A stretch of 63,979 nt of DNA, filler included, from Dugesia japonica (Eukaryota): the NCBI GenBank assembly GCA_001938525.1. It is 7 parts of 7 records of this genome, joined end to end, with 100 filler letters (N's around TTAATTAATTAA, not from the genome) between each part and the next. Parts side by side here need not be neighbours in the genome. Positions count along the whole stretch, not along the records: positions 1 to 9,318 come from MQRL01634478.1; positions 9,419 to 18,928 come from MQRL01295054.1; 5 more parts are not named here. The stretch is one strand, 5' to 3'. A program made the translations under genes and the position numbers. Below the pieces are notes generated by a model. That model was not told the origin of the DNA. It saw only the letters and a program-made list of their open reading frames with translations, and did no database searches. Below are positions 1-12,573 of this stretch, piece by piece (position 1 is the first letter of the stretch; every line of letters starts with the position of its first letter).

Positions 1-548
1 AGTCATTATCAGAGATAGCAATTCGAGTCAAAAGCTTTCGAAGAATTTTGTAAAGATATTTACATCGAACATAGAAGAGCGACAGTATATCATCCACAAT
101 CAAATGGTAAGTGTGAAAGATGGCACAGAACTCTAAAAAAAGCACTTCGGGCCTCGTCAATTAATGCAAACAAGGAGTGGATCCAAAGACTACTGAAGAC
201 ACTTTATTTTTAAGACACTGTATGAGTTCAGACAACAAAGAATCACCGTCACAACTAACGCTAGGTATGAAAACAAGATTAACAGGTGATATCAAAGACA
301 ACATCAAGAATGTAAAAGTTCTAAAAACCGATCAAAGCGTAAATAGAAAGTATCAAGTCAATAAAGATCTGTTGAACTGTGAAAAGGTTTGGTTGAGAGT
401 AGAGATTACTATTGTACTCAATACTCCATTCCAGGTCCTAAGTNNNNNNNNNNNNAATAAAACATTCGAAATCAATTTAGACGGTTCTCCAAAGATCGTT
501 TCAATAGACAGATTGAAGCCAGCAATTTTATTATGGCACTCAATTTAA
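1..548 (+). pseudogene. Ty3/Gypsy integrase C-terminal fragment (frameshifted)
   Basis: Manual translation from ~19 gives QFESKAFEEFC...VYHPQSNGKCERWHRTLK (integrase core). After a frameshift, ORF 177-548 ends ...KTFEINLDGSPKIVSIDRLKPA, a typical integrase tail. It is followed by a degenerate purine tract and TGTAGAA at 561 (probable 3' LTR start). Confidence 0.85.
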
Positions 549-2080
549 AATGTGGAGTGATGTAGAATTATTTTTAATAATTCTACATTAAAATTAAAAT
601 TGAAATTAAATGATATTTGTTTAAATATCATATTTGTAATAATAATAAATATTTCATAAGTGTTATTTAATTTAATCTATGAACATAACACTAACATAAA
701 AAACAACATTTTGATCTAAGCTTTTTAATTTATTGAAACTTTAACAAAGCGATTTATGGTTAAATTCAACAATTATTACAATAATTATAATTGAAAGGCT
801 TTAATTTGTTTAGCTTTATATAAAAATTTGTCAAAAAAAGTGTCATTGGGATAGTTTTGTTGAGTACTGTTTATATTGGCAAATAATAATAATTTTATTT
901 TATAACTAAATTNATTAAAATATTATATGGACATTATTGTAAAGAAATATCATTGGTTTGGTGATTATCATGTTAACCAAGTCATTATTTTAACTAAATT
1001 ATTCAATAATGATTATTATTTCAAATGGTTATTTAGAAAATTTACATCCTATTTAATTAGTCTAATCGAAAACTTAGAAAAATCTTTGATTGCATTTGAA
1101 ATCAATATTTTTCTCTAAAAATTTTCATACTTATAATATTTGTAACTTTTTGGAGGATTTTTTTATGAAAAATACTTATTTTTTAAGAAATATTTTAATA
1201 AAACAAATATTAAGTTTGTGTTTTAATAATTTTGTTTTTATTATATAAAATAATAATGATTTGAGAACAAAATTCATCTTAATATTATTTTGACGATATC
1301 AGTTAATCAATAATATTTTGTTAAATTGCTAAGGAACAGCAGTAGTCTTGTGGATATTACATTGATATGTGAGCCGTTAGGTGATGCGCTTGAATTCTAA
1401 ATTACATGTCCTATTTGACATTAATGAAAAGGATTTATGTTTGACTTGTTTTCAATTTACGTATCAAATAATTTAACTTGTTTAATGTCATGCAATTTTC
1501 AGAGTTTTTAATATTATTGTGAGAATAACATTTAATTAAGCATTGTTTACTTTGTGAAATAGCTTTTAAGTAAAGAAATTTGTATTTATTATGTAAAGTA
1601 AAAAAAAAGTAGTATAAATTTAATTCAAATGCGTCGCAAATTGAAACTAATTGAACGAATTAAAGATGTGATCAATTTTAATCAATCATGTATTTAAAAA
1701 CAAATTGTTAGACTGTACTGCCTATCAGTTATTTCAGAATAATCATTTTATTTTTTTTTCAAAAATAAAAGATAAACGATTTATTAAGAAAAAAATATTT
1801 ATTAATTTTTTTAATGGATTAATTTTGTCTGATTTTGATGATATTAATATTAATAAACTAAATCTATCTGCTGGACATTGATGGAGTAAAATTTAAAATT
1901 ACAATTTAATTGAATTTTTAAATATCCAATGAAATTAATATTTCATCTAGGAAATCTGAAAATATTTCATATTATAAAATTTTCAATAAAATTGAATTTA
2001 GCACACATAATTACAGTTAAGCTATTATCATTCAAATAAATATTATTTCCAGTTGTTTCAACGCATAATTTTTATTTCAG

Positions 2081-2208
2081 ATACAAATAATCCAAATAAA
2101 ATGCTCAATCACTACGGTTTATCTAAAGATTATGAATGGCCATTACCACCATTTCCTATGGGTTCTACTTTACAGTCCAGTACTGAAATGACAGTTATTC
2201 CAAAAAAT
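2081..2208 (+). other. Possible isolated exon of an unidentified gene
   Basis: tttttatttcag acceptor-like site before, GT after, and an open non-low-complexity frame (TNNPNKMLNHYGLSKDYEWPLPPFPMGS...). No recognisable family. Confidence 0.2.
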
Positions 2209-4749
2209 GTTAGACTTGATTTGTTATTATTTATTTGATTATTATTATTNNNNNNNNNNNNNNNNNNNNNNNNNNNNNNNNNNNNNNNNNNNNNNNNNNN
2301 NNNNNNNNNNNNNNNNNNNNNNNNNNNNNNNNNNNNNNNNNNNNNNNNNNNNNNNNNNNNNNNNNNNNNNNNNNNNNNNNNNNNNNNNNNNNNNNNNNNN
2401 NNNNNNNNNNNNNNNNNNNNNNNNNNNNNNNNNNNNNNNNNNNNNNNNNNNNNNNNNNNNNNNNNNNNNNNNNGGGTTCCATCTAGGCAGCTCAATATAA
2501 CCTTCAGTTCTGTATCTATATTATTATCGACGTCGGTTTTTAGTATTTTAATTATGTTTGATTAATATGATTATCTAATTTATTCTGCCTACCATTATGA
2601 TAAATACTACGTTATTATTAAAAGGTCAAGGGTATATTTATCATTAATATTATTAAAGCTAATAAATAAGGAAATAATCAAGCTCCAAAAGTTATATTAT
2701 AAGTTAGTATTACAAGTTACTTGTTACTCATCCTGTGGTTACATGTAATAAGCATGTAATTATATAATTAANTTGTAGCATAACCGACAGAGTAAAATAA
2801 TTTACTTACAACTGGTGCAAATTCGTTCTTCTAATCCTGGAACATATTTATTCATTCTCATGGCATTTCATATCTTGGAGGCATCCATTCGAGGATTAAT
2901 TTTACTTTTAAATGCAAGTTAATATGAAAGGTCTTTGCTGAAAATTTTCAGGATATTTTGTGAAATTTGCATTTGTATTTTCAAAGCTAATTTTAGTAAC
3001 GATNNNNNNNNNNNNNNNNNNNNNNNNNNNNNNNNNNNNNNNNNNNNNNNNNNNNNNNNNNNNNNNNNNNNNNNNNNNNNNNNNNNNNNNNNNNNNNNNN
3101 NNNNNNNNNNNNNNNNNNNNNNNNNNNNNNNNNNNNNNNNNNNNNNNNNNNNNNNNNNNNNNNNNNNNNNNNNNNNNNNNNNNNNNNNNNNNNNNNNNNN
3201 NNNNNNNNNNATCTGTTTTATTTTTTTAATAAATCATTTTGATTTCAATCGATTCATTTTATTTTTCTCAATTATTTTCTTTAATTAAATGATTAATTGG
3301 TTGACAATTCTTTATTCTAAGCTAAATATTTTGAAATTAATATATTTTCCATTTTCCATCTCGCAAATAATTCCTTTCATATATTTTCCTCTCCTGCTAA
3401 ATATTAGATTAATTGACATTTTTGTTCATAGTTTTTTTAATGAATTATTTTTCTCATATTGTCACTGATTGCTGCTTTAAATTCTCATTCTGCAATTTCT
3501 TTTCTCCATTTTAGCCCTCTGTTTTTATTCCTTATTTTACATTAGGTCATCTATGTTTTTGTGTTTCTTTGCTATTCTTACTTACTTCATTGCCGTCTAT
3601 TGATCATTTTGATCATCTAATATTATTTGTCTCATATTGCTGCTATGATACTTATCTGATCCATGGTTTAAAATTTGCAGTTGATTGTTTCCTTGGCATG
3701 GAATCTTCTTTACTGTATTTGTTAATACTTCGTACTTCTCAGTTTCCATATTCTTTTCCATTCTTAGCCTACTCATTATTTTTTGACGATTATTGCTTTT
3801 GAGGTGTACTACTCTAACATTTATTATAATAATAATATTACTAATAATTTTACTTTTAATTATTATTTTAAATTTTGAAATAACACTGTATTTGAAAAAT
3901 ATATATTGTAATGTAAAATAGTAATAATTAAATTTTATTATTATTAATTAAATTTTGGCATNNNNNNNNNNNNNNNNNNNNNNNNATGTACATTAACAAT
4001 AGTTATAAAACTCGTTTAATCTAAGATGCCGCTGACAATTAAATTTTGTCTCATTTTTTATGTTTTATCCTATTTAAATTACTTATTTATAAAGGCAATT
4101 TCCTTTGCAGGCATTAAAAAAATATTTCCTAATGTATTCGTTTTATTTTATTCAAATATTTCTCCTTGAGGTTTTTTATTCTTTTGTATAATAGATTCTT
4201 TATGTATTTCTTTCACTCTTTATAATATATTACTATTATAATTACTATTTTAATAATCTTACATATCAAGATATTTAAAAGAGTTTACACTTAAATTAGA
4301 TTAATTAGTAGGGCATGGTATTTAATGACATTTCATTTTTATTTAGAGAAGTTATAAATATTTGGTCAATATACGATATTNNNNNNNNNNNNNNNNNNNN
4401 NNNNNNNNNNNNNNNNNNNNNNNNNNNNNNNNNNNNNNNNNNNNNNNNNNNNNNNNNNNNNNNNNNNNNNNNNNNTATGTTTAACGCTTTTTATAATTAA
4501 AGCATAATCATATTTCTTTTATTTTGAAAATATTTTGTTTAATAAATAATCATATTATTGAATACTTGTTTTAACTGTGGACTTCCATAATATTAATCAA
4601 TCTAATAAATTAAAATATTTATAAAAAAATATAGTTATTTCAATTGTCGCGATAAAATATTTCGATTTTTAGTACGTATTTTTAATGCTAGAAATAAAAC
4701 CATCTGTACCGGCACATTTGCGAAATGTAGCTACTCAATTTTAAACTTA

Positions 4750-5712
4750 TATGTTTTCTACTAACGGAAGAATTTTATTCTGCAAAATTCGTGATATGAA
4801 TGTAGCAGGTGAAAAAGATTTACAGTGGATCAAGATGTTTCAACAAAGAAGCAATAATCTGGTTTAAACGGTTAAATGCTATGTATCTCTGTTACAACTT
4901 AAGGTCTTTGCGAATTTTCTACTGATTTATGTAAAGCATTGTTGTCTAAAAATATTCCGATGGGAAAGCTAAATAATTTGAAATTTCGAATATTATACTG
5001 TTAAATGTTTTCCTGATAAGTCCTCACTGTAAATGAGATATGTTAAAGTTTTCTATGAAAAGACTCTCAATAAAATACTTAATGTAATAAGAAAATATGG
5101 GTTTCAATTGACAAAACTACAAAAAGACAAATTGCTTGACAAACTACAAGCAGTGTCAAAAAGAGGATTTTAAAGGAACCTTCTCGAGGAGAATTTTTCA
5201 GAGTTCTTCCGCCAAATTTATTACTGATTTCACAATCGACAATTACACAATGGGAAACATGGTTGAATGCGATAAAAAAATGTTATAAAATGATTTAACT
5301 GTGAAAAATCTATCTGTGTAAAAATCGCATAAGAATGTTTTAAGGAAATTAGTATAGCAGGTGATCTTACCTATATTAAAGCAAATTTTTAATTATTTTA
5401 AAAACTGTAACAGAATTGAAAAATATAAAAGAACCATCATCCATAATAAACGATTCGTCAAATCATTAAAAGGATTTGTTGGTGAATCTATTTATTCTAA
5501 GTTTTCCAAAATATTAGAGAAAAATCCTGGGTTTACTACAATTACAAAGATTAATGATATTTTAATGNNNNNNNNNNNNNNNNNNNNNNNNTTTTTTTAA
5601 ATATGCACAAATAACATTTGTTGGCGTTGAAAGATCAATTTTAATGTATGAAATTCTTTTGGTTGTAAATCGTCAATCATTCACTTTAGAAAATTTTAAG
5701 TTGACTTTTGTT
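4750..5712 (+). pseudogene. Degraded CGGBP-like/hAT-related transposase
   Basis: N-terminal FSTNGRILFCKI..V..EK.FTV zinc-finger-like piece (~4750-4830), KILEKNPGFTTITKINDIL (ORF 5361-5600), and C-terminal FKYAQITFVGVERSILMYEILLVVNRQSFTLENFK (~5596-5700). The last matches the FKYAPITSVDVERSFS...NR.SF..EN dimerisation motif. Many stops and frameshifts. Confidence 0.7.
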
Positions 5713-5984
5713 TAGGATTTCTGGAAATATGCACTTTTCCAAAACCACGGTTTCGGTTTTGGATTCCGTTTTTAAGAACTTTTGGTATTATTGTTTGATA
5801 TTTGAATGAAGAGGGAACTAGAAAATTTGAATATATATTTTAAATTAATTGGAACAGTTTTGTTTCATTTCAATATTTCTAAACATTTGAAATTATTTAC
5901 TTCCTCAATAAAAATTCTAATTTAGTTTCTTGGCTATGATTCTCTTAAAGAATGCTCTAAACGTCATTCAATTGTATAACTAAT

Positions 5985-6960
5985 GGTGTCAGGACGAAAT
6001 TACACGGGTAAAAATTACACAGGAAAAAATTACGCAGAGAAAAAATTACACAAAAAAGTTAAATTATAAATTTATTAAATTTACTTATTAACATAAAATT
6101 ATAAAAAATTTAAAATTATAAAACAAAAAAAATTACACGTATCAGGACTACATGGAAATAATTCCTCAAGCACAACCACGAAAAATCTTGACAGATTTTG
6201 AAACTGCAGCAATGAAAGCCTTTTGTACTGTATTTGAAAATATCGAAGTTGGTGNATGGTTTTTCATCTATCCCAATCCATTCTCCGTAGAGTGTGGATT
6301 GAAAACTTTGTATGAATCTAATCAGTCTTTTGCTATACATACAAAAATGTTGTTATCCCTTGCTTTGTTACCAGAAGAAGTCGTGGAGTCATTTTTAGAA
6401 GTTTCTGAACTATTTTCTGATGTAAATGAATATAATGAACAAATTGACCAAATTCTCTCCTATTTTGAGCTTACATATATAAGAGGTAGGCAACTTAGAA
6501 ACGGAACTTACAAACAACCATTGTTTAATATTTCAATTTGGAACCATAAGGAATCAGCAGCAAACTGCATAGCACGAACTACAAATTGTACAGAAGGATG
6601 GCACTTCGGACTTCAGTCACTTTTTCACTGTTCCAATCCAACAATTTGGAAATTTCTGAATAACATCATAACATACAATCTATTTACAGCATTAAACTGG
6701 TCAAAAAAACCACGGAAGTATTCGTTACACAAACTTAAAACAACGTATTTCAAGGATTGTACAAAATTTTGTCTCTAATAGACGACACGAGTTCTTGTGG
6801 TCTATAGCTCATATTACTTAACTTTTAATATTTGATAATAAATTTAAAATTTAAATTTTATTAATTTATTAACTTTTTAAACTTTTTTTCTTAGTGTNAT
6901 TTCATCTCTGTGTAATTTTTTCCTGTGTAATTTTTACCCGTGTAATTTCATCATGTAACC
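5985..6960 (+). mobile_element. Internally deleted Mutator-like (MULE, Phantom-type) DNA transposon with sub-repeated TIRs
   Basis: Left end ggtgtcaggacgaaattacacgggtaaaaattacacaggaaaaaattac is the inverse of right end gtaattttttcctgtgtaatttttacccgtgtaatttcatcatgtaacc. The TIRs consist of tandem aaattacac units. No clean TSD seen. Confidence 0.85.
6152..6778 (+). pseudogene. MULE transposase, C-terminal half
   Basis: ILTDFETAAMKAF..VF (DFE motif), a damaged GCxFH site, YFELTYI, LFNISIWN, and RTTNCTEGWH (RTNNxxEGWH catalytic Glu motif). Confidence 0.85.
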
Positions 6961-8334
6961 ATATGGTAAGTAATTAAAAATACAGAATATATTCATACGC
7001 AAATATATTAGAATTTAAATAAAAGTATAACTAAGTGCAAGCTGAAATATTATATCTATGAATATAAATATAAATGTTTTGTATAATTATAAAACTAAAA
7101 ATAAAAACTGTTAATTCCAGATTTTCACGGGTCTCCAAACGTTCCATGATATTTTTGAAACATCGGACAATGGTGAAAAAATTTAATCCCTTACAGATGC
7201 GGATGATTATTTTCTTCCCGCACAGAAACTTTTCTTTTCCTACATATTTTCAAATAAATTCGAAAACCGCGGTTCTTTATGACGGTTAATCGGTTTCAGT
7301 TTTTTTAACATAAAACCACGCTTTTGCGGTTCGAATATTTCGTTTTGATCTTTGCAATTGAAAATAAATTTTACTTATTAAATTTGTTTTTCAAAATATT
7401 TGTTTAGATTAGACATTTGTTAAAAGAGCTATCCTTTTCATTCACCTTTTATTATCACAATGAATTTTTTATGTAATGTAGTTTGTTTTTATGTAGGAAT
7501 TTAATGGAAACATTTTTGTTATTGAATATCTCAAAATACTCAATTTTACAATCATTTTTCAAATATTTAAATAATAATAATTATTGAACTTAACCATTAA
7601 TATCATAAAATTTTCAATAATAGCGAAAAGAATATATAAAATTATTAATTTTTTAGTATTTTTCTAAATTTCGAACAGTCAAGATTGATATCTGAAATTT
7701 CAAAGTAATTAAAATAATTTTAGAGAAACAATTTTGACCTATTCTTTTTACTATTATTGAAAAATCTTATAATTTATGAGAATTGGTTATTTTAGTCTTG
7801 CTTTTAATACAGTAAACATTTTTAAGATNNNNNNNNNNNNNNNNNNNNNNNNNNNNNNNNNNNNNNNNNNNNNNNNNNNNNNNNNNNNNNNNNNNNNNNN
7901 TTTTTTTTCACGTTCACAATTGATTATTTTTAATTTGATAGTTTTTTAAATTCTTAAAAAGATGAATTTAGGAACAAATGTTAAAGTCTTAGAAGACAAT
8001 TGTTGAAAATTCGGATTACTACCAACAAAACAAAAACTGCATTTTGATCTAAGCTTTTTGATTTATTGTTATTTATATTAGTTATATAACTCCAGCGTTA
8101 CAGATCAATTCACATACATACAGACGTAGAATATAATGTAAATATAAATTTTCGAAATTTTAAAAAAANNNNNNNNNNNNNNNNNNNNTTTTAATTTTCA
8201 AAATTGAAATTATTACCTAATATAAAGCGTTACAAACAATTTCATGGGCGTAGAAAATAATTAATTTAATTCAATGAAAACTCAGATAAAACATTCAATA
8301 AATATAAATATTAACAATAAATATTAATTTATAA

Positions 8335-8500
8335 TTTTATAATTTTACGAAAAATAATTTAATATAATTATGAATAATAACTTTTCAACGACAATTTAAT
8401 TGTTAAATAATGAATTAATTATTTAATTTATTATTTAACAATTAAATTGTTCAAAAGTTATTCATAATTTTATTTAATTAATTTTCGTAACATTATAAAT
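8335..8500. repeat. AT-rich foldback palindrome (MITE-like)
   Basis: Nested inverted blocks: ttacgaaaa/ttttcgtaa, ttatgaataa/ttattcataa, acaatttaattgttaaataat/attatttaacaattaaattgt. Confidence 0.65.
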
Positions 8501-9250
8501 TAAACGTCAGACTATTTAATTAAAATTTTGTCGTTTTCGGACTTTTAATTTGAAGAAAAATTGATATGTATTTATTGCTTAATTTTTGTGATTCCACTTA
8601 TCATTTTAAATATTTTAGGAAATGAATTTAAACAATAATTACTTTTTTATTATTATGAACTGAAAATATTTCAAAATATATCAAAAACAAATATTTCAAT
8701 TGTTTCATAGGTCTAGATTATGATAGTTAAATCCTAAATTTTTGTTTAATATGCATTTGCTACACATAATAATTTAAACAATCTGGTTGTTAACTTAAAA
8801 CTTCAATGGTGATAAAGAATTGTGATTTTTCATAATTATTGCAGAAATAACATAATTTAATGTTTCAACGACATACATTAAGAAATTAGGAAATTAAAAA
8901 TAATTAAGAAATTAAAATAATTTTTTTTACAATTTTCAAATGAAAATCGTTTTATAAACGATTATCGAAATTTATGCCTATTTTTTAGTTATTTTTGTTT
9001 ATATGTCTTGAATTTTTTTCATAAGTTGCTAAATTTATAAAATATATAAATATCACTTTACAAAATTTGCATTTTTGTTTTAAAAAAATTATTCACTAAT
9101 TAAAATCATCAATTATAATTGATAATTATTATTATTCATCAATTGAATTGTTGCCTTTTTGCTACTATTTATTTTCATTCAATTCTTGGTCTCTGGTGCG
9201 GCCATTCAGCCTTCTCTCGTTTGAATTGTTTTAAAAAATACTTGTACTAC

Positions 9251-9252
<2 letters not shown>

Positions 9253-9318
<66 letters not shown>
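9253..9318. repeat. (TAA)n microsatellite
   Basis: Perfect trinucleotide run ending at the contig gap. Confidence 0.95.
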
Positions 9319-9362
9319 NNNNNNNNNNNNNNNNNNNNNNNNNNNNNNNNNNNNNNNNNNNN

Positions 9363-9374
9363 TTAATTAATTAA
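9363..9374. other. Artificial six-frame-stop contig spacer TTAATTAATTAA (also 18973, 29084, 37472, 46539, 55695)
   Basis: An identical palindromic 12-mer centred in ~100-nt N runs, six times. Confidence 0.95.
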
Positions 9375-10276
9375 NNNNNNNNNNNNNNNNNNNNNNNNNN
9401 NNNNNNNNNNNNNNNNNNACAAAATTAATTTAAATCAGTTTCTATTTTTCTTACAAAATTAAATTAATTAAAAACATATTTAAAATTAATTTTTATTAAA
9501 GAATTATTATCTAAAAAATTTCAACAAAAAAGAAATTAAGAAAATCGATTAAAACTTCAAAGAAATTTAAAAATACTTCATCCAATTATTATTGATTTTA
9601 TCAACTGTCAGTTTTTAAAATAAATTCTTTTTATTTTTAATACTTGTTTTTTTAATTGACAAAAATTTTGCAGAAATTAATACACTCTCTTAACTTTAAA
9701 AAAGAAACCAAAATTATTTAGAAATTTTTTAAAAAATCAAATTATTATCTGTAAAAATGTAAACAAGTCTTTTAAAAATTATCATGGAAATACAAATTTC
9801 GAGTAAGTAATTAAAGAAATAAAATAATTAATTAAACTCTCTGTCTCGATATCTCTTAATAAATTTATAATTTTGTTTAAATATTTTTTTAGACATCTAA
9901 ATGAAGCTTAATTATTAAACGATGTTTTCTATTAAGAAAATAAATATTTTTGGAAGAATTTAATTAAATGAAATAATATTAATGTTGTTGAATTTTAAAA
10001 AATATTTATGAGTCATAATAAAATTCTTAATAATACTAAATAGGCTTTATAAATCATTTAATGAATATTTATTTTCGTTTTGTTAAAGATTAATTAAATA
10101 AAGTTTAATTCATATTAAAGAATATTATTTAATAAAAATTTAAAATACATTAAAATTATATTATTTTCATTTCGTTGTAAATTAATAATTAATAAAATAA
10201 ATAAGACTATGTTATTATAAACCAAGATAATTATTTTGATAAAAACTGATAAATTTAATAATTCAAACAAATCTAG

Positions 10277-10314
<38 letters not shown>

Positions 10315-10317
<3 letters not shown>

Positions 10318-10488
10318 TGGGGTTTCACTAGAGTCGGGTGTAGAAAAATATGACTAGTGGAAAAGACAGCACTCAGGGGACCCGTCATAATATTAACCTA
10401 ATATCACTATTTAGGTTTTCGATGTGAAGCGGTTGACTTACATCACTTATTCGGAGAACACACTCGCACATCTTTCTATTCGGGTTCA
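10315..10488 (-). repeat. Conserved ~175-bp terminal module (putative short LTR), copy 1
   Basis: TGAACCCGAAT...CCCCAACA on the minus strand. Includes the perfect hairpin aacctaaata-gtga-tatttaggtt. Confidence 0.7.
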
Positions 10489-10579
10489 ATATTTCACCAC
10501 TGTTTTAATTCAACAAACGTAAAACAAAGGTAATAAGGACTTGTAAAAAAGTTTTATTTTACACAAATCCACATGTAAT

Positions 10580-10903
10580 TTAACGCCTCAGGGTCAAGTC
10601 ACTGGGCTGTCTCCCCATTCGCAAAATTGAAGGCGGTCTCATCATAATCACTGTTACACTGTACCCATGTATCAAGTTCAAGGTGGGTGGATACGTCGGC
10701 GATGGATTTCTGCAAAAACTCAATTTTATTTGCAAGGATTTGCTTTGTGCATTCAGCCAATTCTCCTTGTCTTTTACAATTATATCTAATTTATTGATCA
10801 ATAAATAGCATTCATTACTTTTAGCGTAGTGTCGTTCCGGTAATAGTTTCTGGATAAATCTATGACAGCGTCGCATGCTACTAGGAAGACGTATTCTGAC
10901 CAC
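10580..10903 (-). CDS. Hypothetical cargo protein (ORF-C), 107 aa
   Basis: Open frame starting directly at the acceptor-like site cttttctatttag|TG. No known motif. Confidence 0.4.
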   Translation of the reverse strand: MVRIRLPSSMRRCHRFIQKLLPERHYAKSNECYLLINKLDIIVKDKENWLNAQSKSLQIKLSFCRNPSPTYPPTLNLIHGYSVTVIMMRPPSILRMGRQPSDLTLRR

Positions 10904-11041
10904 TAAATAGAAAAGATCATTATCTTTTAATTTCCATTCTAGTGTGAGTAATGATTAAGTTAAACAGAGTAATCCACAAAGAAAAGAAAATATCACTAAT
11001 AGACTTCAATGCACAACAAATTTATTGCACATAAATCAAAA

Positions 11042-11407
11042 TTAATTTCGAGAATGAGAGGTCTGAGTTGCCTTATCAATCATAAGGTGCTCTAGAGGCA
11101 TGCGTTTACGCATCTTAACAAAATCAGTGACCAGTTTTTTTTTATGGTCATAGAGGGACCGGATAATATCTGCAAAAGACTCTAATTGGCGTTTCCAAAC
11201 GCGCTCCTGAGTATGGGAGGCCTTTGCTTCGAGCCTGTAATTGTAACATTTATTCTGATAATGCTTCACTTTGGCATTAACTCCAGCCGTCTCCACCTCC
11301 CACTTTCTTTTCGCTAACTTATTTAGATCCCAGGACATATCTACGTTTTTACTGTCTTCACGGACTTATTTAGCAGGAGCAAACGACCGATTGAGTGAGG
11401 AATGCAC
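11042..11407 (-). CDS. Hypothetical basic helical cargo protein (ORF-B) with C-terminal DKATQT
   Basis: ORF 11042-11338. The frame extends through one TAA to the acceptor-like site tttcttttag|TG at 11407. Confidence 0.5.
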
Positions 11408-11559
11408 TAAAAGAAATTATAATGGTTAATGGCTTAACAAGCACTGTGAATGAACTAGCTCTTAGGAGATGACACAATTAAGGGCATTAAACTTGATTAT
11501 TAACAATTCGGGATTCGGAGTTCTTAGAAAACAAAAAAAAATAATATCAACAACAAGGC

Positions 11560-11861
11560 TCTAATTCAACATTCTCACAGTTCTCACGGCTCTCTGGTTC
11601 TCTAGCTGGCCAAAATAAGTTGTTGATGGTCGCAAATACTCCAGGGTGAGCTGGGGGGTTCCCATATGAAAACTGAGTTACCAAGTTCTGTGAGAGAATG
11701 TGTCAGGAATGATAATTACGCCATTCAACAAAATCTGTATCCTTTCTACTGTCGCATCTACTAACGGTAAATTAATACAATCGATTAACACACCTGCGTC
11801 CCTATTATATGGGTTGTGGTGTCGTCTGACGTCCCAAAATTCGTTCCCATTGATTATCCAC
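11560..11861 (-). pseudogene. Degenerate homologue of ORF-A (HNPxNRDAG family)
   Basis: Manual translation across frameshifts: DNQWERILGR..HNPYNRDAGVLIDCINLPLVDATVERIQ/DFVEWRNYHS*HILSQNLVTQFSY../ATINNLFWPAREP. Collinear with 31219-31540. Confidence 0.8.
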
Positions 11862-12573
11862 TAAAAATAAAATGAACTTTAAACCAGAACGCGTAAAATT
11901 TCAAAATCAAGATTTTTAACAAAATATTGGTTTGGTGAATCAATAACGAAATATTGCACGGAAACAAATATAAAAGTCATTTTAGTATAATTTTGTGGTT
12001 TTAGACTATTAAATTAATTTGAGTGAACGATAATAAGTAATGATAATTGTGTTTCTGTGTAAAAAGAAACAGAAATGAATTAAAGATTTCTCGAAAATTA
12101 ATTGCATATTAAAGAAACAGTCATTAATAAAGTATGAAGAATATAGAAGCCAATTGGAAAACAATTATGAAAAATTCTAAATTAATTGCAATCAGAAAGA
12201 GCAAATTATAACGATGAATAAATCGTTGAAAGTTAGAAGGTATTTAGAAAGAAGTAATGAATAAAGTGTGAATTAAAAATACTGAAATTAAATGCAAGTA
12301 GCAAAGAGTAAATTGTGACTTTGAAATGGTAATGAATACTTATTACAGATTTGATCCAGGTTGACAAACAACAATGACTTAAATTACTAAAAGCAGAAAG
12401 CACTTTGTATGGACTAGATTAATGCCTAGTTGAGCTATCAAAACTAAATATATTTTCACTCTGGTTCTTTCTTTCGAATTTTTATAGAATTTTTAAATTT
12501 TGTTTTGATTTTTTTATTATTTTCTAATTTTTTTTTTAAAAGTATTATGATTTTACACGTCTAAATAGTAGCA

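Larger units (their letters stand above)
10315..11861 (-). mobile_element. Unclassified LTR-like element copy 1 with three small cargo ORFs
   Basis: Higher-GC block ending ...gaaaccccaaca beside a (CA)n(TA)n tract. Terminal 174 bp align by eye with 31790-31964, and 11560-11861 encodes a homologue of ORF 31219-31722. Confidence 0.6.

Noticed and set aside
2130-3288. ORFs made mostly of X
   Set aside because: They are open only because they cross N gaps.
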